Positions 16,202 to 23,646 of a stretch of DNA of 50,053 bases are shown piece by piece. The notes below the pieces were generated by a model. The model was not told the DNA's origin. It made no database searches and saw only the letters and a program-made list of their open reading frames with translations. The translations under genes were made by a program, and so were the position numbers. Source of the stretch: Ilumatobacteraceae bacterium (lineage in GTDB: Bacteria > Actinomycetota > Acidimicrobiia > Acidimicrobiales > Ilumatobacteraceae); the NCBI GenBank assembly GCA_035633295.1, contig DASQFE010000603.1:1-50053 (forward strand), read 5' to 3'. How positions within the stretch are numbered: the stretch's first letter is position 1; each line of letters starts with the position of its first letter.

Positions 16202-17410
16202 ATGGAGTTCGGCGTCTTCCTCAACGGCTACATCCCAGGCCCTGCGGCCCACGACACCCAGAGCGAGCACACCGCGCTGATGCGTGAGGCGAGCTACGCG
16301 GTCCATGCGGACAAGTTCAACTGGAAGTACGCCTGGTTCGGCGAACATCACGCCCTGACCGAGTACAGCCACATGTCAGCGCCCGAAGTGATGATGGGGT
16401 ACGTCGCGGCAAAGACCGAGCAGATCCACCTGTCGTCGGCCATTGTCAGCTTCCCGACCACCAAAGAGCACCCGGTGCGCATCGCGGAGCGGGCTGCGAT
16501 GCTCGACCACATCACCGAGGGCCGCTACGAGTTCGGTACCGGCCGCGGTGCGGGCAGCCACGAGGTCGCCACCTTCAACGGCCTCACCACCGATGCAACC
16601 AAGAGCATGTGGAACGAGGTCATCCACGAGATCCCCCGAATGTGGGAGCAGCGTGACTATTGCTTCCAGGGTGAGCACTTCAGCGTGCCGACGCCGCACA
16701 ACATCCTGCCCAAGCCGTGGGGCGTGGGGCATCCGGCGATGTGGGTCGCGTGCGGCAACCCCGAGACATTCACGAAGGCCGGCTCGATGGGTCTCGGTGC
16801 GATCGCCTTCAACTTCGAACCGATCTACAACCTGCAGGGTCGCATCGACGCCTACAAGGAAGCCATCCAGAACCCCACCGAGATCGTCGGCCAGTTCAAG
16901 AACGACAACATCATGATGACCAACGCCGTGATCTGTCTCGAAGACCGGGCACGGGCCCGTGAGATCGCCATGAGCCGAGGACGGGGTTACCTCTACTCGA
17001 TGGTCTGCATGTACCACGACACGATGCCCAAGAAGGCCGGTCACCCGGTCTGGCCCGAGTCCCCGTTTGCGATCCCCGACGAGGCGATGCTCGACACGTT
17101 GATCGAAGCCGGCTTCCTGCTCTGCGGCACCCCCGACGAAGTGGCCGAGCAGGTGGAGCGTTACTCCACGGTCGGCTGCGACCAGTTGGCGTTCGGGCTG
17201 CCGAACGAAGGCTTCGAGCACGAAGAGATCCTCGAGTGCATCGAGCTGTTCGGCAAGCACGTGATCCCCGAATTCGATCGCGAGCCCGAACACTCCACCA
17301 CGCGTTACCGTCGCGAGGCCCAGCGCTCATTCCCGGAGTTCGCATTTGCCGTGCCCGATGTGCACGTCGATGTGATCCCCGAGAGCGCGCTGCTTCCCCT
17401 TCCCGTCTGA
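16202..17410 (+). CDS. LLM-class flavin-dependent oxidoreductase (large, ~400 aa type)
   Basis: MEFGVFLNGYIPG... is the canonical LLM N-terminus. The protein also has GRYEFGTGRGAG. I chose the internal ATG 16202 of track ORF 16184..17410. A TTGACG-17-TACATT promoter ends 6 nt before it. Confidence 0.88.
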   Translation: MEFGVFLNGYIPGPAAHDTQSEHTALMREASYAVHADKFNWKYAWFGEHHALTEYSHMSAPEVMMGYVAAKTEQIHLSSAIVSFPTTKEHPVRIAERAAMLDHITEGRYEFGTGRGAGSHEVATFNGLTTDATKSMWNEVIHEIPRMWEQRDYCFQGEHFSVPTPHNILPKPWGVGHPAMWVACGNPETFTKAGSMGLGAIAFNFEPIYNLQGRIDAYKEAIQNPTEIVGQFKNDNIMMTNAVICLEDRARAREIAMSRGRGYLYSMVCMYHDTMPKKAGHPVWPESPFAIPDEAMLDTLIEAGFLLCGTPDEVAEQVERYSTVGCDQLAFGLPNEGFEHEEILECIELFGKHVIPEFDREPEHSTTRYRREAQRSFPEFAFAVPDVHVDVIPESALLPLPV

Positions 17411-17436
17411 AGCGTCCGTCTCGCTACGGTGGACGC

Positions 17437-17850
17437 ATGAGTCACGTGCGTGCAGACGACCGGCTGGCGATCGGCGAACTGATGGCTCGCTACGCCTGGG
17501 GCCTCGCCGACAGGGACTGGGAGGCGTGGCTGGCGTGCTTCAGCGCCCAGGCGCACGTCGACTACACAACCGCCGGCGGCATCGCCGGTACCCCCGCCGA
17601 GGCGGCCACCTGGTTGGAGGCAACGTTGGCGATGTTCGACGTGTCGATCAGCCAGGCGAGCAACATCGTCATCGACTTCACCGACGACGACACTGCGACG
17701 GTTCGTTCGATGTACAAGATGGCGATGCGGATCCCCGGCGACTCCCCCACCTACATGGAGGCGTGCGGCTACTACCGCGACACCGTCGTACGACTCGAGT
17801 CGCGATGGTTGCTCGCCGATCGGTTCGAGCACCTCCTCTACGTCCGCTGA
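17437..17850 (+). CDS. SnoaL-like / NTF2-fold protein
   Basis: DRLAIGELMARYAWGLADRDWEAWLACFS...VDYT is typical of SnoaL_4 family N-termini. GGTGGA lies upstream of the ATG. Confidence 0.75.
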   Translation: MSHVRADDRLAIGELMARYAWGLADRDWEAWLACFSAQAHVDYTTAGGIAGTPAEAATWLEATLAMFDVSISQASNIVIDFTDDDTATVRSMYKMAMRIPGDSPTYMEACGYYRDTVVRLESRWLLADRFEHLLYVR

Positions 17851-17857
17851 AGCACCC

Positions 17858-18949
17858 ATGCCGCTGCCATCGAAACGAGATCCCGAACAGTTGCGCATGT
17901 CGCTCGAGCGCTGGTTCACGACCACGCTCGGTCACCCGGCAACCGTGGGCGAGCTGTCGATCCCCGAGGGGACCGGCATGTCGAACGAGACGTTGCTGTT
18001 CGACCTCACCCACGACGGCCGAACCGAGCAGATGGTCGCTCGTGTCCGCCCGGACATGAACGACTGGCCGGTGTTCGAGGTGTACGACCTCGCAAAGCAG
18101 GCGGCAGCGATGCGCCTGGTCGGTGCGCACACGGACGTGCCGGTACCGCAGGTGCCGTGGGTCGAGCACGACGAACAACACCTCGGCGCGCCGTTCATCG
18201 TGATGCGCAGGGTGAACGGCCGCGCCCTGCCCGACATGCCGCCGTACGTGTTCGGTGGCAGCTTCCTCGACGAACTGAACCCCGACCAACTGCGCGAGCT
18301 GCAGCGCCGCGCCACCGAGGTCCTTGCGCAACTGCATGCACTCGACCTGTCGATGGTCGACGCGTCCGCTCTCGGGCCGGTCGGTGAATCGGGTGCCGAG
18401 TCGTTGAGCCGGCAGCTCGACGAACTGCAGGACTACTTCGTGTGGGCCCGCCAGAGTTGGACGTTCGGCGATCGACCGGTACCCCTGATCGATGCCGGCC
18501 TCGCATGGCTGCGCGACCACTTCCCAGCCGATCCCGGCCCGACCGTGCTCAACTGGGGCGACGCCCGCCCCGGCAACATCTTGTTCGACGGCGTCATCCC
18601 GGCAGCCGTACTCGACTGGGAGATGGTCAACCTCGGCCCCGCTGGTGTCGACGTGGGCTGGCTGATCTTCCTGCACGAGTTCTTCCAGAGCCTCAGCGTG
18701 GTGTTCGAGCTGAAGGGCTTCCCCGACTTCTGCCGGCCCGACGACGTCCATGCGGACTACGTGGCCGCCGGTGGACGACCGATCGACGATCTCGACTGGT
18801 ATGTCATCTATGCCGCCGTCCGGTTCGCCGTGATCTCGGTGCGTACCTCGTCACGCGAGGTGGCATACGGCAACCGCGACTCGCCTGACGACCCCGAAGA
18901 CCTCATCATGCATCGAGACCTCCTGGCCGCCAAGCTCGGGCTGCACTGA
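17858..18949 (+). CDS. phosphotransferase-family (APH/choline-kinase fold) protein
   Basis: Catalytic loop NWGDARPGNILF, metal-binding VLDWEM, N-terminal GMSNETLLF nucleotide-lobe motif. Confidence 0.82.
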   Translation: MPLPSKRDPEQLRMSLERWFTTTLGHPATVGELSIPEGTGMSNETLLFDLTHDGRTEQMVARVRPDMNDWPVFEVYDLAKQAAAMRLVGAHTDVPVPQVPWVEHDEQHLGAPFIVMRRVNGRALPDMPPYVFGGSFLDELNPDQLRELQRRATEVLAQLHALDLSMVDASALGPVGESGAESLSRQLDELQDYFVWARQSWTFGDRPVPLIDAGLAWLRDHFPADPGPTVLNWGDARPGNILFDGVIPAAVLDWEMVNLGPAGVDVGWLIFLHEFFQSLSVVFELKGFPDFCRPDDVHADYVAAGGRPIDDLDWYVIYAAVRFAVISVRTSSREVAYGNRDSPDDPEDLIMHRDLLAAKLGLH

Positions 18950-18964
18950 GTGCGAGTCACTCAG
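18946..18964. terminator. 7-bp stem/5-nt loop hairpin CTGAGTG-cgagt-CACTCAG embedding both convergent stop codons
   Basis: Stops are at 18947..18949 (plus strand) and 18961..18963 (minus strand). There is no U-tract. Confidence 0.3.
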
Positions 18965-19797
18965 CCGCTGACGTAGGCGGCGTAGGAGTCGAGCGTCCGC
19001 AGCGCTTGGTCGCGACCGACAGCAGGCATCCGGAGTACCACCTCGGTGCAGCCGAGGGACTCGTAGTACGCCAGCTTCTCCGTTGACGCCACGGCACCGA
19101 ACGGCATCACCTGTGGTTCGCCGTCGCGGCCCGCCTCCGCCCACGCCTCGCGTAGTGCCGCCAGCGCGTCGCGGATGCCGGCACCGCCGATCGGCATCCA
19201 TCCATCGGCCCACTCCGCAATGTGAGCGAAGAGCTTGGGCCCTGCGCCACCACCGATCAGTGTCGGGATCCGGGGCTGCTGGAGCGGCTTGGGCCAGCTG
19301 AACGTCGGCTCGAAGTTCACGTATCGTCCGGCGAACGACGCTTCGTCGTGCGACCACAGCTCCTGCATCGCCAGCACGTGTTCGCGGACCCGTTCCCGAC
19401 GCGTTGCGTATTCCACGCCGTGATCGTTCATCTCCTCCACGTTCCAGCCGAAGCCGACACCGAATCTGGCCCTGCCGCCGGAAACGACGTCGAGCGTCGC
19501 CCACGCCTTCGCGTAGTCGATCGGGTGGTGTTGCGCCACGAGCGCCACTCCCGAGCCGACGATCAACCGCTCGGTTGCGATGGCCGCCGCCGTGAGCGCC
19601 ACCACCGGGTCGAGGCAGCGCAGGTACTCCTCGGGGAGCGCAGCCTCCCCCGTCGGCGCGGGTGTGCGACGGCTGACGGGAATGTGGGTGTGCTCGGGGA
19701 ACCACAGCGAGGAGAACCCACGCGCTTCGGCTTGCCTGGCCAACTCCACCGGACCGATCGTGCGATCGGTGGGGAAGATGGTCAGTCCGATCTTCAC
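18961..19797 (-). CDS. LLM-class F420-dependent oxidoreductase
   Basis: MKIGLTIFPTDRTIGPVELARQAEARGFSSLWFPEHTHIP and GRARFGVGFGW. GTGA overlap with the upstream gene. Confidence 0.88.
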   Translation of the reverse strand: MKIGLTIFPTDRTIGPVELARQAEARGFSSLWFPEHTHIPVSRRTPAPTGEAALPEEYLRCLDPVVALTAAAIATERLIVGSGVALVAQHHPIDYAKAWATLDVVSGGRARFGVGFGWNVEEMNDHGVEYATRRERVREHVLAMQELWSHDEASFAGRYVNFEPTFSWPKPLQQPRIPTLIGGGAGPKLFAHIAEWADGWMPIGGAGIRDALAALREAWAEAGRDGEPQVMPFGAVASTEKLAYYESLGCTEVVLRMPAVGRDQALRTLDSYAAYVSG

Positions 19798-20774
19798 GGG
19801 TCAGCCTTCCGCAAGCCGGAGCGCATCGCGTCGGCCGCCAACAGATCAGGCCGCGACGCGGCGACGAGGCGGCGCATCCCGTCACGCCATCCGACCTGCG
19901 ACCGGAACCCGGTCTCGTGCAGCTTGGTGAGGTCGGGCACGATCGAGGCGATCGTCGCCGCTGTCGGCTCGAACAAGGGAGTGAACCCGGTCAGGCGGCC
20001 GAGTTCACCGCACCAGTCCTCCACCGAGACGATCTCGTCACCGCCCCAGTTCACGATCTCGGCCGGCGTCGACGCGAGCGACAGCAGGTACGGGATGCTC
20101 CGAGCGATGTCGTCGGCGTGGATCGGTGTGTAGTCGGTGGGTTGGTCGACGTGGACAGGCACCGCCATTGCGCGCTCCATCATCATCAGGTGGAACAGCA
20201 TCCAGCCGTATGTATCGCCGTAGGGGACGTTGAGCCGGGCGATCACCGTCGGCACACCGAGGCGGCGCGATGTGTGCCGCACCAGCACCTCGGCGGCGAT
20301 CTTGGAGATCGAGTACGTCGGCATACCGGGCATCGGCCGGTGGCTGTCGCCGAGGAGGTCGGTCTCCTTGCGCGGCGACCCGTGTACGGGCTCGTACACG
20401 GCGGTCGACGAACAGTGGAAGAACGCGGTCAACCCTGGGCTCGACGTGGCAACGGCCTCCATCAGATCGGCTGACCCCTCGGCATTGACGCGGAACGCCA
20501 CGTCGAAGTTGTCGGCCTTGGCAACCGCGAAGTGCAGCACGAGGTCGAGATCGGTCGGCAACCCTCCGAAATCGTTCGACGCGAGATCCATGACGACCGG
20601 TTCGACACCGGATGCCTCCACCTCGGCCCGCGCGTCGCCATCACGAAAGCGGGCCACGCCAAACACGGTATTGCCCTGCGCCGCGAGGCTCGCCGCAACC
20701 GGGCCGGCGACCCAGCCCGTGACGCCGGTGACCAGAATTCGCTTGCCGAGGATCGGCCCCACCGTGTCCGCCAT
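19794..20774 (-). CDS. NAD-dependent epimerase/dehydratase family (extended SDR)
   Basis: ILVTGVTGWVAG (GxxGxxG) and YSISK (YxxxK). The start is ambiguous: ATG 20774 or in-frame GTG 20801/20798. Confidence 0.8.
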   Translation of the reverse strand: MADTVGPILGKRILVTGVTGWVAGPVAASLAAQGNTVFGVARFRDGDARAEVEASGVEPVVMDLASNDFGGLPTDLDLVLHFAVAKADNFDVAFRVNAEGSADLMEAVATSSPGLTAFFHCSSTAVYEPVHGSPRKETDLLGDSHRPMPGMPTYSISKIAAEVLVRHTSRRLGVPTVIARLNVPYGDTYGWMLFHLMMMERAMAVPVHVDQPTDYTPIHADDIARSIPYLLSLASTPAEIVNWGGDEIVSVEDWCGELGRLTGFTPLFEPTAATIASIVPDLTKLHETGFRSQVGWRDGMRRLVAASRPDLLAADAMRSGLRKADP

Positions 20775-20775
20775 C

Positions 20776-20814
20776 AGCCCGTCACCACCACCTGTCACCA
20801 CTACCCGTCACCAC
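20776..20814 (-). repeat. 13-bp x3 tandem repeat (minus strand GTGGTGACGGGTA / GTGGTGACAGGTG / GTGGTGACGGGCT) spanning a stop codon and the spacer
   Basis: Plus-strand units: agcccgtcaccac, cacctgtcaccac, tacccgtcaccac. The first minus-strand unit contains the TGA stop at 20808..20810. Confidence 0.8.
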
Positions 20815-21596
20815 AAGTCGTCGGTGTAGTGGTCGGTGCCGAACACCGTCTGGATGAACGGTGCCGTCCACAGATGGGTGGCGACGCCGCCCGCGTTCAA
20901 CTCGGCGCCGAACTGCGCCCAACCGTCGGCCCAACCATCCTCGGGGTCGTGGTCGAGGAAGTGCAGCTGCACGAACCGGCGATCGGCGTTCGGGGTCCGG
21001 GGCACGTCGGCTGGGGCGTCGTCGAGCAACGGCAAAAGACGCGAGGCGCCGATCAGATCGGGGCCCCACGACGAAGCAAACGCACCATCCGCCCAACCCG
21101 TCGTCCACGCCTGCAGATCGTCGAACGTCGCCCCCTCGGCAAGTTCGCCCACATTCACCACCAGACCTGCGTAGCCCCGGTCGAGGGCCAGCTCGATCGA
21201 GGTGGTGTGCGCTCCCTTCTGCACCGACCACTCGTGGTTGTACAGCGCGGTGTGGATGTGATCACGCTCGGCGAACATCCGGCCCTGCTGATGGAGCCAG
21301 ACCACGTTGTCGACACTCCAGCGGTTCCAGGCGTCGTGGCGGCCCCGAAGCACCCAGTAGATGGCCAGAAACGAGCCGATCGACGGCTCAGGGGTCATCG
21401 GTGTGATCACCGGGTAGCGCAGGTTCTTGAGCCGGGCGGTGGCGACGAACCGGTCGCCGGCGAACGTGTCGGCGCCGACCATGCACCCCGAGTAGAAGTG
21501 GTCGTGTTCGTACCAGCGGTTGTACTCCACCTCGTGGCCGCGATGAGGCTCGACCATCGTGAACAGCAGGGTTCCCAGCTCGATCTTCGGGATCAT
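20808..21596 (-). CDS. conserved hypothetical protein (function unknown)
   Basis: 262-aa product starting MIPKIELGTLLFTMVEPHRGHEVEYNRWYEHDHFYSG. Balanced composition, unlike the antisense ORFs. TACCGT lies 7 nt upstream of ATG 21596 and an operator copy 20 nt upstream. Confidence 0.7.
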   Translation of the reverse strand: MIPKIELGTLLFTMVEPHRGHEVEYNRWYEHDHFYSGCMVGADTFAGDRFVATARLKNLRYPVITPMTPEPSIGSFLAIYWVLRGRHDAWNRWSVDNVVWLHQQGRMFAERDHIHTALYNHEWSVQKGAHTTSIELALDRGYAGLVVNVGELAEGATFDDLQAWTTGWADGAFASSWGPDLIGASRLLPLLDDAPADVPRTPNADRRFVQLHFLDHDPEDGWADGWAQFGAELNAGGVATHLWTAPFIQTVFGTDHYTDDLW

Positions 21597-21603
21597 CCGC
21601 TCG

Positions 21604-21609
21604 ACGGTA
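21604..21609 (-). promoter_or_regulatory. -10 box TACCGT, 7 nt upstream of ATG 21596
   Basis: Minus strand: TACCGT cgagcgg ATG. Confidence 0.45.
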
Positions 21610-21615
21610 GCCGAA

Positions 21616-21632
21616 TCTGACGACCCGTCAGA
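21616..21632. promoter_or_regulatory. operator palindrome site 4: TCTGACG-ACC-CGTCAGA (perfect)
   Basis: Lies 20 nt upstream of ATG 21596. It overlaps the stop codon (21628..21630) of the preceding gene, so it marks an internal promoter. Confidence 0.65.
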
Positions 21633-22452
21633 GAGTGGGGCGTTCGATGGGTGCACCCCAGAGCGGTTCCCCCGCCACTGCGATGAGGGCGTCGAGTGCA
21701 GCCGAATCGACGCCCAGCTCGAACACGGCGCCACGACCGCGAGCGACGCCGGCTGCCAGTCGTTCGAGTCGCTCCGTCGGCGTGATCGCCGGGCCATCCG
21801 CCGACCAGACCTCGACCACCGCTACGCCGGCGTCCACTCGCTCGGCGACGCCCGTCCAATTGGAACCGCCACTCACCACGTGCACCGTCACCGGTCGGGC
21901 GTCGATGCCCGGTCCGAACCGGACACTGCCCAGCTCCCGGGTCGGAAAGGTCCGACCGAGCCAGAATCCCGCCGCATCACGGGCCGCCTGCACGACCCCT
22001 CCGACCGGAAGCCACGCCGCCAGATCTGCCGCAGCCCGCGCCGGATTCATCGGCAAGGTGGCATCGGCGTACATCGGGCCGCACACGGCCGCCAGTGCGC
22101 CGTACAGCTCCGGCCGCGGCGTGGGCCCATCGTTGGGCTCGATCAGCGTGGGCAGATCGCCCGCTTCCACCTCGTGGCATCGCGCACCCACCGATCGGAG
22201 CCAGTCGCGGCCGATCTCGTGGTCGGGCACGCCCACCAACAGCACGTCGGCGTCACGCAGCCCAGCCAACTCGAGGTCACCGACCTGGAGCCCGATCGTG
22301 CCGAGGTGAGCCGGATCGTCCCAGGCGAACAACCCCTTCGCGGCGAACGTGTTGAGCATGCCGACCCGTCGCTGCACCGCCAGCCGCCGCAGCGACGCCG
22401 CTGTACCCATGTCGATCGCGGTGCCGCCGACCACGATCACCGGGTTGGTCAT
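21628..22452 (-). CDS. truncated ThDP-enzyme-like protein (acetolactate-synthase central domain plus degenerate PP domain; no Pyr domain)
   Basis: NPVIVVGGTAIDMGTAASLRRLAVQRRVGMLNTFAAKGLFAWDDPAHLGTIGLQ matches the TPP_enzyme_M pattern. VHVVSGGSNW sits where GDGSxxMN is expected. ATGA overlap with the EthD gene. Its stop lies inside operator site 4. Confidence 0.65.
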   Translation of the reverse strand: MTNPVIVVGGTAIDMGTAASLRRLAVQRRVGMLNTFAAKGLFAWDDPAHLGTIGLQVGDLELAGLRDADVLLVGVPDHEIGRDWLRSVGARCHEVEAGDLPTLIEPNDGPTPRPELYGALAAVCGPMYADATLPMNPARAAADLAAWLPVGGVVQAARDAAGFWLGRTFPTRELGSVRFGPGIDARPVTVHVVSGGSNWTGVAERVDAGVAVVEVWSADGPAITPTERLERLAAGVARGRGAVFELGVDSAALDALIAVAGEPLWGAPIERPTL

Positions 22453-22799
22453 GGGCGTTCGATGACGATCGTGGGCGCTTCGGTGAGCGTCCACTGCAGT
22501 GCGGCGGGATCGAGGAACAGAGCGATGTCGTCCAGCATCGCCGGGAAGTCGGGTTCAGTGGTGTGCTGCCAGAACGACTCCACCGATTCGAACTCCTGGA
22601 TGGTCACGCCATCCCACTCGGGTTCGCCTTGGCCACTGTCGACCGAGGGCCATGGCGTCGGGTGCTGCTCGTAGCGCAACACGTACCGTGCTGCCGAGCT
22701 GTTGGCGATGAGCGGGCCGTGCACCTCCAGCCAGTGGGCCAGGAACTCGTCGTGGGTGGTGCCGGGCTTACGCCTCAGCAAGGTGATCAGGCGGATCAT
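22449..22799 (-). CDS. EthD-domain protein
   Basis: MIRLITLLRRKPGTTHDEFLAHWLEVHGPL is a typical EthD N-terminus. 116 aa. GGAGG lies 8 nt upstream of the ATG. Confidence 0.8.
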   Translation of the reverse strand: MIRLITLLRRKPGTTHDEFLAHWLEVHGPLIANSSAARYVLRYEQHPTPWPSVDSGQGEPEWDGVTIQEFESVESFWQHTTEPDFPAMLDDIALFLDPAALQWTLTEAPTIVIERP

Positions 22800-22879
22800 G
22801 TTTGGCCTCCAGGTCGCATCGAGGTAGTTGGCATCGAGGTGGTTCGCGTCGAGGTGGGTCGCATCGAGATGGGTCTCAC
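22796..22879 (-). other. 27-codon relay ORF built from the 15-bp repeat, linked GTGA to the SDR stop and ATGA to the EthD start
   Basis: GTG 22879..22877 overlaps the SDR TGA (22878..22876). The frame reads VRPISMRPTSTRTTSMPTTSMRPGGQT. Its TGA (22798..22796) overlaps the EthD ATG (22799..22797). There are also internal ATGs, the first at 22864. Confidence 0.3.
22811..22875 (-). repeat. 15-bp tandem repeat, about 4.3 copies, filling the SDR-EthD intercistronic spacer
   Basis: Plus-strand units: gcatcgaggtagttg (22816), gcatcgaggtggttc (22831), gcgtcgaggtgggtc (22846), gcatcgagatgggtc (22861), plus a partial unit aggtc at 22811. Confidence 0.9.
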
Positions 22880-23646
22880 AGGCCGAGGAACGAACCACCG
22901 TCGCACACGATGGTCTGGCCGGTGACGAAGGAGGCGTCGTCGCCGGCGAGGAACAGGGCCACTGAACCGATGTCGTCGGTGATGTCGCCGACGCGCCCGA
23001 GCGGCGTGCGCTCCTCGATCGCTCGGCGTAGCGCCGGATTCTGCTCGAACGCCGACACGAGGGCGGGGCTGGCTGCCACCGGGGCGATGCAGTTGGCGGT
23101 GATGCCATGGTGGCCCCACTCGCGAGCGAGGCTCTTCACCATTGCACGCTGCGCCGCCTTGACCGGCGAGTACAGCGGGATGTTGGCGCTGCCCTCCATT
23201 GCCGAGGGGGAGGTCACCAGGATCAACCGTCCTTGCGATCCGGCTGCGGCCAGATGCGGGGAGGCGATCTGAGCGCAGTGGAACGATCCCCACACGGCCG
23301 TCTGCGACATCCTCTCCCAGTGCCGGTCGAGCTCGGCGTCTTCCAGCCGATGGCTCACCGCACCCGAGAACGCGTTGTGCACCATGATGTGCAGCGCGCC
23401 GAACCGCTCGACGGCCCCCCGCACACACGCGGCCACGCTGGCTCGATCGGTGACGTCGGTCTCGATACACACAGCCGATCCACCCGCCGAGACAATCGCC
23501 TGCGTCACCGGTTCGCCTGTCTCGGCCCGTCGGGCAGCAACGACCACATGGGCGCCCTCTGCGGCGAGCCGACGGGCGATCCCCTCCCCGACTCCCTGCC
23601 CCGCGCCGGTGACCACGGCCACGCGTCCGAGCAACCGGGCGGTCAC
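22876..23646 (-). CDS. SDR family oxidoreductase
   Basis: GTGA overlap with the upstream half-SDR. Motifs: VTGAGQGVG, YSPVKAA, VTGQTIVCDGG. Confidence 0.88.
   Translation of the reverse strand: MTARLLGRVAVVTGAGQGVGEGIARRLAAEGAHVVVAARRAETGEPVTQAIVSAGGSAVCIETDVTDRASVAACVRGAVERFGALHIMVHNAFSGAVSHRLEDAELDRHWERMSQTAVWGSFHCAQIASPHLAAAGSQGRLILVTSPSAMEGSANIPLYSPVKAAQRAMVKSLAREWGHHGITANCIAPVAASPALVSAFEQNPALRRAIEERTPLGRVGDITDDIGSVALFLAGDDASFVTGQTIVCDGGSFLGL

Noticed and set aside
22800-22875. A possible N-terminal repeat peptide (THLDATHLDANHLDANYLDA) on the EthD protein, as suggested by track ORF 22449..23108.
   Set aside because: In the EthD frame there is no ATG/GTG/TTG between the upstream SDR stop and ATG 22799. 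The ORF only stays open by running back into the SDR coding region. EthD proteins normally start at MIRL-type N-termini, and GGAGG precedes ATG 22799.
22811-22875. Whether the short tandem repeats (here and at 3040, 20776, 28598, 30203) could be a CRISPR array or minisatellite-type mobile element.
   Set aside because: The units are 13-16 bp and directly abutting, with no spacers. There are only 2-4 copies per site, no cas genes and no terminal inverted repeats. They are simple tandem duplications.
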